From Patescibacteria group bacterium (GTDB taxonomy: Bacteria; Patescibacteriota; Patescibacteriia; Buchananbacterales; UBA6539): a stretch of 64,000 nucleotides of DNA. Each line of letters begins with the position of its first letter. Within the stretch, counting starts at the first letter, position 1. The notes under the pieces are model-generated. The model was given only the letters and a program-made list of their open reading frames with translations, did no database searches and was not told the origin of the DNA. Position numbers and translations under genes: made by a program. The stretch is from contig JAQTYZ010000003.1 of NCBI GenBank assembly GCA_028688055.1, positions 1,191-65,190 of the forward strand, written 5' to 3'. Positions 17,795-30,000 of this stretch are shown piece after piece.

Positions 17795-20626
17795 ATGTTC
17801 AAAAAAATCATTGTCCGGGGTGCGCGAGTTCACAATTTAAAAAATGTTAGTGTTGAAATTCCCAGAGAAAAATTAGTTGTTTTGACTGGTATTTCTGGTT
17901 CCGGTAAATCATCTTTAGCTTTTGATACAATTTATGCCGAAGGGCAACGGCGCTACGTTGAGTCACTTTCAACTTACGCCCGACAATTTTTGGGTTTGAT
18001 GGATAAGCCGGAAGTTGATTCAATCGAAGGTTTGTCACCAGCCATCTCAATTGATCAGCGTTCAGCCTCGTCAAACCCTCGCTCAACGGTCGGCACGGTA
18101 ACGGAGATTTATGATTATCTCCGTTTATTATTTTCCCGCATTGGCCACGTTCATTGTCCAATTTGCAACCGCGAACTGACCCAGAAAAATTCCAGTCAAA
18201 TAATTGCCGACGTTTTTTCTCGAATCAAAGGCAAGGGTGAAGTTCTGATTTTAGCCCCAATCAATAATGATAAAAGTGAAGGCAAAAGTGTTTCGGAAAT
18301 AAAAAAATCAGGTTTTAAACAAATTAGAATCAACGGTCGTTTGCGGGACTTGAATGCCGAACTTATCACCGACCCCGAATTAAATTCGGCCCAAAAGGCC
18401 GAAATTGTTGTTGGCAAATTTACTTTTACGCCAGATAATAAAGAACAGCTAAAAGATGAATTTGGGCGCATTATTGAGTTAGCACTTGATTTAGGAAATG
18501 GGCGGATTGTCATTTTAACCGACGGCCATGAAAGTTTTTTTTCGCAACATTATATTTGTGCGGACTGCGATTATACCTTGACTGAATTAGAGCCCCGAAA
18601 CTTTTCTTTTAACAGTCCGGCTGGCGCTTGCGCCAAATGTTTGGGTTTGGGTACCAGGCTGGAAGTTGACGCCGATCTAGTAATTCCCAATAAGCGTTTA
18701 ACTTTAGCAGAGGGGGCGATTAAGCCGTGGGCAAGAAATTTTTCAAATCAAAATAGTTATTGGAAATTACTTCAGCTGGTTGCCAAGGAAAATACGTTTG
18801 ACGTAAATGTTCCAGTGGCCGAGCTGTCTCCCAAAGCCCTGGAATTAATTTTGCGCGGCACGGGTGGTAAAGAATATTTGGTGGAGTCCGAATCATTGAA
18901 GTTCGCCGGAGTTTTGGCAACGTTAGAAGAAAAATATCAGCAGACAACTTCCGATTATTTGCGACAAGAGATTGAACAATATATGCGAGTTTCAATCTGC
19001 CCTTATTGTCAGGGCAAAAGATTGAAGCCAGCTTTTTTGGCCATTACCGTCGGTGACTTTAATATTTCTGAGATTACCGCCAAAACCATTGAACATAGCC
19101 TGCCTTTTTTTAAAGATTTATTGAGTGACAAAAAAGGCCAAGGTAGCTTGACGACGCGCGACCATAAAATCGCCGATCAAGCGCTTAAGGAAATTATTAA
19201 TCATTTGAAATTTTTAGATGACGTCGGTTTAAGCTATCTGACTTTAGACCGGCCGGCGGCAACCTTGTCGGGTGGTGAAGCGCAACGAATTAGGTTGGCG
19301 ACCCAATTGGGGCTTTCGCTAACTGGCGTTATTTATATTTTAGACGAGCCATCAATTGGCCTTCATCAAAAAGACAACCAGCGCTTGATTGATACGCTAA
19401 AAAATTTACGGGATTTAGGCAATACGGTTTTAGTTGTTGAGCATGATGAAATGACGATGGAAGCCGCTGACGAAATTATTGATATTGGTCCTGGCGCTGG
19501 TGAAAATGGCGGTAAAATTGTCGCCCAAGGCACACCGGCGGAAATTAAAAAAAATAAAAATTCGTTGACCGGTCGTTATTTATCCGGCGCGTCAAAAATT
19601 GCGGAGCCCAAGAATCATCACCAGGGGAACGGAAAATTTATTGAAATTATTGGCGCCACTGAATTTAATTTGAAAAATATTGACGTTAAAATTCCGTTAG
19701 GCAAATTCATTTGTTTGACTGGCGTGTCCGGTTCCGGTAAGTCGACGTTGATGCTGGAAATTTTAGTCAAGGCTTTGGCGCGAAGATTTTATCGCGCCAA
19801 GGATTTACCAGGCCAACATAAAGAAATTAAGGGCATTGAAAATATTGATAAGGTGATCGCGATTGATCAATCGCCAATTGGCCGAACGCCTAGGTCAAAC
19901 CCCGCAACTTACACCGGCGTTTTTACCTATATCCGAGATTTATTTACGGAAACACAGGAAGCGAAATTGCGCGGCTATAAGGCCGGCCGATTTAGCTTTA
20001 ACGCTAAAGCCGGACGCTGTGAATCTTGCGCCGGCGAAGGCTTGGTTAAAATTGAAATGCAATTTTTGCCAGACGTTTATGTCCAATGTGAGGAATGCCA
20101 CGGCCATCGTTATAAAGCGGAGTCGCTGGAAGTTCATTATCAGGGCCGTAATATCGCTGATATTTTAGATATGTCCGTTGAACAAGCGATGAAATTTTTT
20201 CGCCAGCAGCCCATTATTTATAATAAATTAAAAACTTTATTTGAAGTCGGTTTAGGCTATGTGAAGTTGGGACAGCCGGCCACGACTTTGTCGGGCGGTG
20301 AAGCACAACGAGTTAAGTTGGCCACGGAGTTGTCACGGCGGTCGACTGGAAAGACTTTATATATTTTGGATGAGCCGACCACTGGTTTGCATTTTGAAGA
20401 CATTAAACAATTGCTGGAAGTTTTAAACAAGTTGGTTGATAAAGGCAATACGGTTTTGATTATTGAACATAATTTAGATGTTATTAAGTGTGCCGACTGG
20501 GTGATTGATTTAGGTCCGGAAGGTGGCGAAAAGGGCGGTGAAATTGTCGCGCAAGGTACGCCGCGTGATATTGCTAAGGTCAAAAAATCATATACCGCCC
20601 ACTATTTGAAAGATGTTTTAAAATAG
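17795..20626 (+). CDS. uvrA: excinuclease ABC subunit A
   Basis: 943 aa. Two ABC modules ([38 protein letters not shown]), zinc-finger CxxC pairs and LSGGEAQR signatures. Confidence 0.95.
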   Translation: MFKKIIVRGARVHNLKNVSVEIPREKLVVLTGISGSGKSSLAFDTIYAEGQRRYVESLSTYARQFLGLMDKPEVDSIEGLSPAISIDQRSASSNPRSTVGTVTEIYDYLRLLFSRIGHVHCPICNRELTQKNSSQIIADVFSRIKGKGEVLILAPINNDKSEGKSVSEIKKSGFKQIRINGRLRDLNAELITDPELNSAQKAEIVVGKFTFTPDNKEQLKDEFGRIIELALDLGNGRIVILTDGHESFFSQHYICADCDYTLTELEPRNFSFNSPAGACAKCLGLGTRLEVDADLVIPNKRLTLAEGAIKPWARNFSNQNSYWKLLQLVAKENTFDVNVPVAELSPKALELILRGTGGKEYLVESESLKFAGVLATLEEKYQQTTSDYLRQEIEQYMRVSICPYCQGKRLKPAFLAITVGDFNISEITAKTIEHSLPFFKDLLSDKKGQGSLTTRDHKIADQALKEIINHLKFLDDVGLSYLTLDRPAATLSGGEAQRIRLATQLGLSLTGVIYILDEPSIGLHQKDNQRLIDTLKNLRDLGNTVLVVEHDEMTMEAADEIIDIGPGAGENGGKIVAQGTPAEIKKNKNSLTGRYLSGASKIAEPKNHHQGNGKFIEIIGATEFNLKNIDVKIPLGKFICLTGVSGSGKSTLMLEILVKALARRFYRAKDLPGQHKEIKGIENIDKVIAIDQSPIGRTPRSNPATYTGVFTYIRDLFTETQEAKLRGYKAGRFSFNAKAGRCESCAGEGLVKIEMQFLPDVYVQCEECHGHRYKAESLEVHYQGRNIADILDMSVEQAMKFFRQQPIIYNKLKTLFEVGLGYVKLGQPATTLSGGEAQRVKLATELSRRSTGKTLYILDEPTTGLHFEDIKQLLEVLNKLVDKGNTVLIIEHNLDVIKCADWVIDLGPEGGEKGGEIVAQGTPRDIAKVKKSYTAHYLKDVLK

Positions 20627-20635
20627 AATTTTGCT

Positions 20636-20672
20636 TTAAAACAGATTCGCGTTATGTTGAATCTGTTTTAAA
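20636..20672 (+). terminator. intrinsic terminator after uvrA
   Basis: Hairpin aaaacagattc-gcgttatgtt-gaatctgtttt followed by UUUUAAAUU. A second smaller hairpin cccttgaattaaggg follows. Confidence 0.5.
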
Positions 20673-20730
20673 TTACCCTTGAATTAAGGGTGGTTTTGTG
20701 GTAATTTGTATTCATCATTGACTGATATTT

Positions 20731-23193
20731 ATGGCCAAAAAATACGAGCCTAGTAAAATTGAAGCGAAGTGGCAAAAATTTTGGGAAAAAAATAAAACTT
20801 TTGCGGCGTCAGATAAACAGCGTAAGCCTAAATTTTATTGTTTAATTGAATTTCCTTATCCCTCCGGTGAGGGACTCCACGTCGGCCATCCGCGCCCTTA
20901 TACCGCTTTAGATATTTTAGCGCGCAAGCGTCGGATGCAAGGTTATAATGTTTTATACCCAATCGGTTTTGACGCTTTTGGTTTGCCATCAGAAAATTAC
21001 GCGATTAAAACTGGCATCCACCCGTCTGTTATCACCAAAAAAAATATTGCCACTTTTACTAAGCAACTCAAATCACTTGGTTTTTCTTTCGATTGGGATC
21101 GTGTGATAACTACCACTGACCCGGCCTATTACAAGTGGACGCAATGGATATTTTTGCAAATGTTTAAAAATGGCCTAGCCTATAAGGCTAAGATGACCAT
21201 TAATTGGTGTCCCTCGTGTAAAATCGGCTTAGCCAACGAAGAGGTAATTGACGGCAAGTGCGAACGGTGTGGCACGTCAGTTGAAAAAAAAGAGAAAGAG
21301 CAATGGATGTTAAAAATTACCAAGTATGCCGACCGCTTGATTAATGATTTGGCCGACGTTGATTATTCGGAAAAAATTAAAATTCAGCAAATTAATTGGA
21401 TTGGTCGGAGCGAAGGTATTAACTTTAAAGAAAAAGTTAAGGATTTAGACCTTGAATTTGAAGTTTATGATTCAATTCCGCAAACTTTTTTAGCTCAAAC
21501 GTTTACCGTGATAGCCCCGGAACATCCACTGGTCCAAAAATTAATTGCCGGGACTAAATATGAAACGCCGGTTAAGGAATTTGTCGCAAGAATTAAGAGC
21601 CGTAAGGCAGCCAATCGATTTGTAATCGAAAAAGAGCTGGAGGGTATTTTTACCGGAAGATACGTTGCTAATCCGTTTGGTACTGGTGATTTGCCGATTT
21701 GGGTTGCCAGTTATGTTTTGGCTGACTATGGTACCGGCATCGTTAATTGCAGTGCTCATGATGAGCGTGATTTTGCCTTTGCTAAAAAATATGACCTGCC
21801 TTTAAAAATTGCCTTATTACCAACTGATAAAGATCATGCGGAAAAAGTTAAAAGTCTAGCAGAATTTTATCGAGCGCCTGATGGTGTTATCCAAGAACCG
21901 CTAGAATTTAAGGGGTTACGTTGGGATGAAGCTCGTGAACCGATAATTAAATACATTGAGAGTAAGGGCTATGGTCGGCGGGCGGTTAACTATAAAATTC
22001 GTGACTGGGTTTTTTCGCGCCAGCGTTATTGGGGTGAACCAATCCCGATGGTTTATTGTGAAAATTGTAAAGCCACCGGTGCGTCGGCCACAGGCTGGAT
22101 TCCAGTACCGGAAAATGATTTACCGGTCCAGTTGCCGAACGTCGAAAAATATGAGCCCTCTGACAGCGGCGAATCGCCTTTGGCGGCGATCAGCGCTTGG
22201 GTCAATATTAAGTGTCCGGTTTGTAACGCCAAGGCCAGACGCGAAACTGATACGATGCCAAATTGGGCCGGCTCTAACTGGTATTTTTTGCGTTATATTG
22301 ATCCAAAAAATCGGAAGCATTTAGCGGATCCAAAAAAACTTGGCTATTGGCTAACGGTTGATTGGTATAATGGCGGTATGGAACACACCACTCTTCATTT
22401 ATTATATTCACGCTTTGTTTACAAATTTTTGTATGATATTAAGGCCGTGCCTAAAGCCAAGGGTCCAGAGCCTTATGCCAAGCGAACGTCACACGGTTTA
22501 ATTTTAGGCGCTGGTGGTGAAAAAATGTCTAAATCAAGAGGCAATGTCGTTAATCCTGATGAGGTTGTTAAAGCCCAGGGCGCCGATACTTTACGTTTGT
22601 ATGAGATGTTTATGGGGCCATTTGAACAGGCTATTCCTTGGGATGCTCAAGGGGTTATGGGGGTCAGGCGTTTTATCGAAAAAGTTTGGAATATTTATCA
22701 GGGCCAAGTCAAAATTGAAAAAAAATGTTCGGAAGCATTGATAACCTTGACGCATCAAACAATTAAAAAAGTCACTGATGATATTGAATCGCAAGACTAC
22801 AACACGGCCGTTTCGGCTCTGATGATTTTAACCAATAAAATTAGCGACGAAAAAATAATGAATAAATTTGTCGCTGTCGCGTTGGTAAAATTATTAGCCG
22901 TTTTTGCGCCTCACGTTGGCGAAGAGCTTTGGCAAATGCTGGGCAATAAAAAATCAATTTTAGCCGCGGCTTGGCCGGAGTACGATGAGGCTAAGTTGCT
23001 AAATAAAAACACTAATTTGGTAATACAGGTCAATGGTAAAGTGCGGGATATGATCTTGGTTAGGGCCGACCTTACTGAGCAGGAAGCGGAAAAACTGGCC
23101 AAGCAAAGTGAAAAAGTTTTAAAGTTTATTGAGAACAAAAAAATTGTTAATACCATCTTTGTTCCGGGGAAATTAATTAATTTGGTTATCTAG
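20731..23193 (+). CDS. leuS: leucine--tRNA ligase
   Basis: 820 aa with HVGHPRPYTALDILARKRRMQGYNVLYPIGFDAFGLP (HIGH region), a CP1 editing domain and KMSKS. Confidence 0.95.
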   Translation: MAKKYEPSKIEAKWQKFWEKNKTFAASDKQRKPKFYCLIEFPYPSGEGLHVGHPRPYTALDILARKRRMQGYNVLYPIGFDAFGLPSENYAIKTGIHPSVITKKNIATFTKQLKSLGFSFDWDRVITTTDPAYYKWTQWIFLQMFKNGLAYKAKMTINWCPSCKIGLANEEVIDGKCERCGTSVEKKEKEQWMLKITKYADRLINDLADVDYSEKIKIQQINWIGRSEGINFKEKVKDLDLEFEVYDSIPQTFLAQTFTVIAPEHPLVQKLIAGTKYETPVKEFVARIKSRKAANRFVIEKELEGIFTGRYVANPFGTGDLPIWVASYVLADYGTGIVNCSAHDERDFAFAKKYDLPLKIALLPTDKDHAEKVKSLAEFYRAPDGVIQEPLEFKGLRWDEAREPIIKYIESKGYGRRAVNYKIRDWVFSRQRYWGEPIPMVYCENCKATGASATGWIPVPENDLPVQLPNVEKYEPSDSGESPLAAISAWVNIKCPVCNAKARRETDTMPNWAGSNWYFLRYIDPKNRKHLADPKKLGYWLTVDWYNGGMEHTTLHLLYSRFVYKFLYDIKAVPKAKGPEPYAKRTSHGLILGAGGEKMSKSRGNVVNPDEVVKAQGADTLRLYEMFMGPFEQAIPWDAQGVMGVRRFIEKVWNIYQGQVKIEKKCSEALITLTHQTIKKVTDDIESQDYNTAVSALMILTNKISDEKIMNKFVAVALVKLLAVFAPHVGEELWQMLGNKKSILAAAWPEYDEAKLLNKNTNLVIQVNGKVRDMILVRADLTEQEAEKLAKQSEKVLKFIENKKIVNTIFVPGKLINLVI

Positions 23194-23197
23194 ATTT

Positions 23198-24214
23198 ATG
23201 CAAATTGTCCACGCGACTGACGAACTTAAAGATCATTGGGATAATTTTGTCAAAAATACCTCCCCTGATGGCGGTCTCTTACAATCGTGGGGGTGGGGTG
23301 ATTTTCAAAAATCTTTGGATAACAAAATTTATCGCTTGGCGGCGCTTGATGGTCTGGGTCAGCTGCAAGCGGTGACGTTGCTGATCAAACACGATTTACA
23401 TTTTGAATATAATTATTTATATTGTCCGCGGGGTCCGTTGGTTAATACCTTGAAAGTTGACGACTTAACCGCCCTGTTTAACGAAATTAGAAAAGTTGCT
23501 AAAGACGAAAAAAGTTTTTCGTTGCGGGTTGACCCGCCCTGGTTAATTGGCAATGAGGCGCGACTAACCGATTACGGTTTTCGCAAGGCGGAAAATGAGG
23601 TTCAGCCAAAGTGTTCTTTGGTTCTTGATATCAGTAAAAGTGAAGCTGAAATATTAGCTTCGATGAAGCAAAAAACCCGCTATAATATTGGGTTGGCGCA
23701 GCGGCACGGGGTGAAGGTTAAGGTTAGTAGTGAAATATCTGATATTGAAACTTTTTGGCAATTGATCAAACAAACTTCCGGGCGTGATGGTTTTAAACCT
23801 CATGCTAAAGAGCACTACAAAAAAATGCTTGAGGCCTTTGCCAAGACTGGGACGATTAAATTATTTATGGCTGAATATCAGAATAAAATTATTGCCGTTA
23901 ATATGGTGTCATATTTTGGCAATGTGGCAACTTATCTTCACGGATCTTCATCGGATATTTATCGCGAAGTGATGTCGCCTTATCTATTGCAATGGCAGGC
24001 AATTATTGAAGCCAAAAAAGTTGGCTGTCAGCTTTATGATTTTGGGGGCGTGAACGGCCGGTCGTTTCATAATAAAATGTGGCAAGGAATCACCCGCTTT
24101 AAATTAGGTTTTGCCGACGAAGCTTCGGTTCGGGAATATATTGGCAGTTATGATCTAGTTATTAACCCGGTCATTTTTTCCGTTTATAAGTTTGTCAAAC
24201 AAATTAGGGGCTAA
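23198..24214 (+). CDS. FemAB-family peptidoglycan interpeptide-bridge aminoacyltransferase (lipid II:amino acid transferase)
   Basis: FemAB-family N-terminus (LLQSWGWGDFQKS) and a GNAT-like duplicated fold. 338 aa. Confidence 0.8.
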   Translation: MQIVHATDELKDHWDNFVKNTSPDGGLLQSWGWGDFQKSLDNKIYRLAALDGLGQLQAVTLLIKHDLHFEYNYLYCPRGPLVNTLKVDDLTALFNEIRKVAKDEKSFSLRVDPPWLIGNEARLTDYGFRKAENEVQPKCSLVLDISKSEAEILASMKQKTRYNIGLAQRHGVKVKVSSEISDIETFWQLIKQTSGRDGFKPHAKEHYKKMLEAFAKTGTIKLFMAEYQNKIIAVNMVSYFGNVATYLHGSSSDIYREVMSPYLLQWQAIIEAKKVGCQLYDFGGVNGRSFHNKMWQGITRFKLGFADEASVREYIGSYDLVINPVIFSVYKFVKQIRG

Positions 24215-24226
24215 GAAATCCAAGCT

Positions 24227-24793
24227 ATGGAAATTGTTAAGACGTCAGCTAGTGATATCAGACAAGCGGTTAAAATTTTAAAAACGGGGGGCGTTATTAT
24301 TTTTCCAACCGATACGGCTTACGCCATTGGCGGTATTTTTAATTCACCAAACGTTATTAAGCAAGTTTTAGAAATAAAAAAAAGGACTGATCAAAAATTT
24401 ACCGTTGTGGCGTCTGATCTTAGTCAAGTTAAGAAATTTTTCAAGCTTAATCAGCAAGCCTTGGAGCTCGGTGGGAAATATTGGCCCGGCCCTTTATCAA
24501 TCGCCGTGGGAAATAAATACGCTGTGCGAGTGCCAGCTAATAAGGTAGCGCGCCGGCTAGCCAAACTGGCCGCGACGCCATTAATTGCCAGTTCCGCTAA
24601 TATTTCCGGTAGTAAAACTTTGTATGACCCGCGGAAGGTGCTTGATTGGTTTAAGGACAAAAAAAATCAGCCTGAGCTGATGATTGACGCGGGTCAGTTA
24701 AAGGCCAATCCAGTTTCGACCATTATCGCGGTTAAAAAAGATAAAATTTTAGTTTTAAGATCGGGCCAAATAAAATTATCGGCCAAAACCTAA
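24227..24793 (+). CDS. tsaC: L-threonylcarbamoyladenylate synthase (YrdC/Sua5 family)
   Basis: IIFPTDTAYAIGG...SANISG, the YrdC fold. 188 aa. Confidence 0.85.
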   Translation: MEIVKTSASDIRQAVKILKTGGVIIFPTDTAYAIGGIFNSPNVIKQVLEIKKRTDQKFTVVASDLSQVKKFFKLNQQALELGGKYWPGPLSIAVGNKYAVRVPANKVARRLAKLAATPLIASSANISGSKTLYDPRKVLDWFKDKKNQPELMIDAGQLKANPVSTIIAVKKDKILVLRSGQIKLSAKT

Positions 24794-25180
24794 GCCAACT
24801 TTGAACGGTGAGTACATACTGGTGCCGTTGCCCAGCAGTAAGCGTCCGGGGCTGGGGATGCCGGTCATAAAGGGAAATCCGACCGGGGCGCAGAGGACCG
24901 ATTCTCGATGTGATCCATAAGGCGTAATGATTGTTTGTGACCAAGCTGGCGCTGGCGGAGTGCAGGGAGCGGAAACACAGCCACAACTTCCACAGGGACA
25001 GGCGACGCCAGTACAAACATCGGGTACGGGAGTGGCCATGGTGCAGCCAGGTATATAACTGGTGATTCGGCCGCCGAGATAATAAGGTGAGTAGGCTTGA
25101 ACGGATATTGCCAAAGCAAAAATTGACGCCACAATCGCCAAAATTATCAATGCTAAGCCAAGATGAATTTTTCGATGCAT
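24776..25180 (-). CDS. small secreted cysteine-rich protein (about 134 aa)
   Basis: RBS GAAGGA 5 nt before ATG (MHRKIHLGLALIILAIVASIFALA... signal/TM). Cys cluster CTGVACPCGSCGCVSAPC. The ORF track start at 25201 is probably upstream of the true start. Confidence 0.5.
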   Translation of the reverse strand: MHRKIHLGLALIILAIVASIFALAISVQAYSPYYLGGRITSYIPGCTMATPVPDVCTGVACPCGSCGCVSAPCTPPAPAWSQTIITPYGSHRESVLCAPVGFPFMTGIPSPGRLLLGNGTSMYSPFKVGLGFGR

Positions 25181-25240
25181 AATTCCTTCAAGGTAGATCA
25201 TAATAAAATTATAACACTTTTTACCTTTTTAGACATCAAG

Positions 25241-26095
25241 ATGGAAGAAATATTAAAAAAAATTAAAATAATCCTGCAAACATATGATCTTAAGCCCGAC
25301 CATAGCAAGGGCCAAAATTTTTTAATAAACTCAGCCATTATTAATGACATTATAGCGGCGGCTAATTTAAAAAAAACGGATTTAGTTTTAGAAGTCGGTC
25401 CGGGCTTAGGAATTTTGACTGAAGCGCTAATAACCAATGCTAAAAAAGTTGTCAGTGTCGAATTAGACAAGAAATTAATCGCTTTTTTAAAGTTGAAATT
25501 CAGCGGAGCGGATAATTTTACGTTGGTTGAAAATGATATCTTGCAATATGATCCGACTGGCGACTTTAAAACCAGTGACTACCGGATTGTTGCTAATTTA
25601 CCATATAATATTACCTCAATTTTTTTGCGCCGTTATTTATCAATTGAAGCTAGACCAACGGCAATGGTTTTGATGTTGCAAAAAGAAGTCGCCCAAAGAA
25701 TTTGTGCCGTGTTGGGCAAGACAAGTTTACTGTCGTTGTCCGTTCAATTGTATGCCGAGCCAAAAATTTATCAGCTAATTGAAAAAAATAATTTTTGGCC
25801 GAAGCCAGCGGTTGACTCAGCGATCTTAGTTATTGACAAAATTAAAAAAAAGTTGGAAGTGGATAAGTTTTTAGGTGATGTTAGTGAAGAATTTTTTTGG
25901 CGGGTGGCCAAAATTGGTTTCTCGGCGAGACGAAAACAACTACATAATAATTTAGCAAATGGTTTTAGAATTTCGCCCGATGATGCAAAAAAAATGCTTA
26001 TTAAAGCCAATTTATCAGAACAAATTAGAGCCCAAGATTTGTCGATACTTGATTGGTTAGCAATTGCTAAACAGTTGGCTGTTTTTATTAAATAA
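25241..26095 (+). CDS. rsmA: 16S rRNA (adenine1518/1519-N6)-dimethyltransferase
   Basis: KGQNFLINSAIINDIIAAANL...LEVGPGLGILTE...NLPYNITS are KsgA motifs. Start assigned to the MEEILKK Met rather than the 25163 ORF-track start. Confidence 0.88.
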   Translation: MEEILKKIKIILQTYDLKPDHSKGQNFLINSAIINDIIAAANLKKTDLVLEVGPGLGILTEALITNAKKVVSVELDKKLIAFLKLKFSGADNFTLVENDILQYDPTGDFKTSDYRIVANLPYNITSIFLRRYLSIEARPTAMVLMLQKEVAQRICAVLGKTSLLSLSVQLYAEPKIYQLIEKNNFWPKPAVDSAILVIDKIKKKLEVDKFLGDVSEEFFWRVAKIGFSARRKQLHNNLANGFRISPDDAKKMLIKANLSEQIRAQDLSILDWLAIAKQLAVFIK

Positions 26096-26110
26096 AAGTG
26101 ATTTTTTTCC

Positions 26111-26140
26111 TTGCACCACGTGACCATTTTCTGCTATAAT
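26111..26140 (+). promoter_or_regulatory. sigma70-like promoter (TTGCAC, 18-nt spacer, TATAAT) heading the large accessory gene block
   Basis: TTGCAC at 26111-26116, an 18-nt spacer, TATAAT at 26135-26140. About 60 nt upstream of the 26203 gene. Confidence 0.5.
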
Positions 26141-26202
26141 ATTGATAACTTCCGGCAAATGGAGGTAGTAATCTATCAGCCTAATTTTTAGGAAAATAAA
26201 TA

Positions 26203-27030
26203 ATGGCCTCCCCGGTCAAACAACCTGATAATCTTAATGTTTTAGAAGAGATTTATCATGAGGTCGACTCAAAAAATGCGCCAAAAAAATCCGTTCATGA
26301 CAGCATTATTGGCTATCTTAAAGAGAATCCGAAACGAGTCGATGGTTTTTTGTCACTGGTGGTTATTTTTTTTGGCTTAGTGGCGATTATTTGGGGTTGG
26401 AGTCGATTCCAATATGGTCTGATCAGTTATCGATTGCCAAAGCCGGGGGATGCGGTAAAACTTTTGACCGCAAGCCAGCCGCCACCCCAAGATTTATTGG
26501 GTTTGAAAGGAAAAGATACGGATAATGATGGGCTGTCAGACTATGATGAAATTTATATTTATGGTACTAGTCCCTACCTGCCCGATAGCGACTCCGATGG
26601 CATTCCGGATAAGACGGAAATTGCTAATCACACTGATCCAACCTGCGCGTTAAATAATAACTGTTTTTCCCTGACAGCCCTAAACGCTGTTAATCCGGCT
26701 GACCGTAGTGACGCAACTAGTTTAACTTTTGACGCCAAAACCGAGACGATCAAGCTGCGCCAAGCCTTGTTAAATTCAGGTATGAGTCAATCAGACTTGG
26801 ACCAATTGAATGACGCTGATTTATTGGCGGCTTACAATGAAGTTATTGCCGGACAGGCTGGTTCGACGACGGCAACAATCCCTAGTAATGTTGAAGATTT
26901 AACACCAGATCAAATTAGAGCCGTGTTAAAAACGGCCGGCGTTAGCGATAGTGTTTTAAAAAATATTTCGGACAGCGATTTAATGAGTTTAGTTAAACAG
27001 CTGCCAACGTCAACACCGCCCACTAACTAG
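26203..27030 (+). CDS. single-pass membrane protein with thrombospondin-type-3-like Ca-binding Asp motifs
   Basis: TM (LSLVVIFFGLVAIIWGW), then DTDNDGLSDYDEIYIYGTSPYLPDSDSDGIPDKTE (DxDxDG repeats). It lies directly upstream of the giant gene, with a 5-nt gap. Confidence 0.6.
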   Translation: MASPVKQPDNLNVLEEIYHEVDSKNAPKKSVHDSIIGYLKENPKRVDGFLSLVVIFFGLVAIIWGWSRFQYGLISYRLPKPGDAVKLLTASQPPPQDLLGLKGKDTDNDGLSDYDEIYIYGTSPYLPDSDSDGIPDKTEIANHTDPTCALNNNCFSLTALNAVNPADRSDATSLTFDAKTETIKLRQALLNSGMSQSDLDQLNDADLLAAYNEVIAGQAGSTTATIPSNVEDLTPDQIRAVLKTAGVSDSVLKNISDSDLMSLVKQLPTSTPPTN

Positions 27031-27035
27031 CTTCA

Positions 27036-30000
27036 ATGCCAAAAATTAATATTTTTTCAAAAATAATTTCAGTCGGCCAAAAGTTATTTTTTGTTTGGTC
27101 ACAAAAAACTTTGACGGTTTTGGTCATTTTTAATATGTTGGCGACATCATTGGCACCAGCCTTGGCTTATCCGGTAACAGTTGATACCTCAAGTCTACAG
27201 CCGTTAGCTAGTGCGGTTGGTAATGCCTTTTTAAAATTGACCTTGACCGACGTTGCCCACGCTCAGCCATACGCCAGTGGGTATGTTATGCCGGCTAACC
27301 CGATGTCGATAATAGTCAGTGATGATTTTACTCATACTAACCTAATTTATAATGAAACAGCGGCTGAGGCTCGCAGTGCGGCCCAGATCGCTTTAGACAA
27401 AGCAACTCAAGGCTTGAAGGAATCAGCTTTTTTGGCGGCCAATCAGACTTTGAATGCGATGATTAATAGTTTTGCCTATGATGTTGCGACTTGGTTAGCT
27501 AGTGGCGGCAAGGGCCAGCAGCCAATGTTTTTTAACCAAGGCTGGGGTGAATATATGAAATCGTTGGTTGATGACGCGGCGGGAAATTTTATTGAGTCAT
27601 TGGCTGGTAATTGGTTAGACTTTAATGTTTGTGAGCCGATTAATCCTTCGTTAAAAATCAGTATCGGTCTAGGCTTGTCCGATCTGCAGCGGCCGCGGAA
27701 GCCCCAATGTAGTTTAAGTGATATGGTTCATAACTGGAGCTCATTGATTAACGATAAGAATTTTTTGAATCGCTTTGATGTTATCTATGATCCTGATCAA
27801 AATGATATCGGCATCGCTTTTAGTATTTTTAATAAATATAACCAGGAAATTTCCGACGAGCTTGACCAGGGCATAAAAGATCGAACTGAAGGCGGTGGTT
27901 TTAAGGCGGTGGTGGCAAAAATTTCCAAAGCGATTAAAACGCCGTCGTCGTTGGTTTTTTCGCAGGCGACTCGATTGACATCAGAACAGATTGACCAATC
28001 AGACAAAAAGGTTCAGTTTGGACCAATCGTCCTCAACGCGGTTGATACTTTTGTTAGCACGTTAATCGGCAAGCTGTTCCAGCGTTTGTTTAAAGAAGGT
28101 TTAGCCGGTGACTCAACGTCAAATAATCCGTCGGCCAGCGGTTATGGTGCTAACTTATTAAGCAGTTTGCTAGGTAAGTTGGGCCAGAATAATAATGATT
28201 TATATAGTGCCAACCAGACTAGTCTCCAGGGGCAGTCCTCGGCCCAAGTGCGTTTCCTTGATTTATTGACGACTGGCAATAATGATAGTAAGCCGATGGA
28301 TGTTTTGACTAAATTGACTTTTTGTCCTGATCCAAAAAATCCGGGACCGGACGAATGTGTTATTTTGCCGTCTTTTGCGCAAGCCGTTCAACAGGGGATG
28401 ACCTTAGCCGAAGCGATTAATCGCGGTTTAATTGACGGCAATGCGCCTTTTGGTCGACAAAGCAATGATCCAACCGCCCTTTATAGTGGCTTGCCGTACC
28501 GGAGTGTTGTTATTTTAAGAACTTATCGAATTGTGCCGGTAAGCTGGGAAGTCGCCGCTAAGGCAATCAATAAATTCGATGGCGGTAAAAATATTAGCTT
28601 GAATGATTTAATTGCTCAATATCAAGATCCGACGGCTGAATATTATGATTTGGTTAACCCGAATTGGGTGCTGGTGGCGCCGGATCATTTGTGTAAGGAA
28701 ACCGGTTTTGGTCCAAAAATTTTATATAACGAAAGTGTTAATGGTTTTGACGCCAATCAAAATGGAAGTTTTAATGATACCGGTGATATTCAGCCTAATC
28801 GCTTAATCGGTCGGGCTGAATATTGTGCTGACTATCAGTCCTGCATTCAAAAAAATGATGATGGTTCCTGCCAGTATTATGGTTATTGTGCTGAAGAGCG
28901 GCCGGTTTGGGATTTTAGTGGTGGTAGTTGCAAGCCTTATTATAATACTTGTCAAACTTTTCAGGCGCCAGCAGGCGATACCGTTAGTTATTTAAAGAAT
29001 AGCTTAAACTATAACGGGTGTAGCGCTGATAATGCCGGTTGTCAGTGGTACTGTCAGATTTTAAATCCAATTAATAATGTTTGGACTTGCCAGAATCAGA
29101 CGGAGCGGGTGCTGAAGGCCTGTTCTCAGAATGGCGGCTGTAGTGTTGCGGCAACTTGTACTTTAAGTCAAGGTGAGACAGCTTGTACCGATGCTAACTC
29201 GTCAGTTAATCTAACGATCGCTTCAGCTTGTGACTCTGGTTCGCGGTGGTGGAACGATGCCACTAGCAAGTGTGATGTTGATAGTGCTTGTACTATTGAA
29301 AAAGGGGCGGTCAGTTGTTCAACGGACAGTTGCTTTGAACAAGCCAATCTGTTAGCTAATGGCAGTTTCGAAACCCCGGCGGCCAACCCCGGCGGCTTGG
29401 CTAGCGGCTGGACCACCGACAGTGGAACTTTGGATTTTTTTGATCGGGTTAGTGGGGCCACGGAAAAAATTTACGATGGAAAGAGCAGTATTAGGTTTTA
29501 TACCGCCGGTCAGTTAATCGGCGCTGGCGACGTTAAATCAATTACCTCAAGTTCGTTAGCTTTAGCGACTTCTGGAACCTACACTTTTTCCGCTCGCGTT
29601 TACAGCAAGTTAAATGCCGGCAACATTACTTTGTCAGTTTATGACAGTAGCGGTCAGATTGCCTCGCGGGTGATTAGCGATAAAAATCGTTGGCAAATTG
29701 TTAGTTTTGATTTTACTACCAGCCAAGGTTCAGTTTGGGTCGTCGCTAGCATTGCCAGTCAAGGAACATTTTTAAGCGGCACGGCTTGGTTTGACGATTT
29801 CCGAATTACGCCCAGCTGTGTGATTAATCCGGTCACGCTGAATTTAGTTGGAACAGTTGAGCAAAATGAAAGCAAAATTCATTTGGATCGCGATGCTTCA
29901 GATTGTCCGTCGGAGGCGGCCGGCTGTTCGCAATTTATTAGAACCATTCCAAATTCGGGGACCAATATTGTTGATAATTCCAGCTTTGAGGATTGGCCAA

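Noticed and set aside
20627-20730. A T-box or other riboswitch upstream of leuS
   Set aside because: The intergenic region has two hairpins but no GGUGGNACCGCG motif. It is better explained as the uvrA terminator plus the leuS 5' UTR.
25163-25240. The ORF-track N-terminal extension of rsmA/ksgA starting at 25163
   Set aside because: KsgA homologs begin near MEEILKK. The extension overlaps the divergent Cys-rich gene and is probably untranslated.
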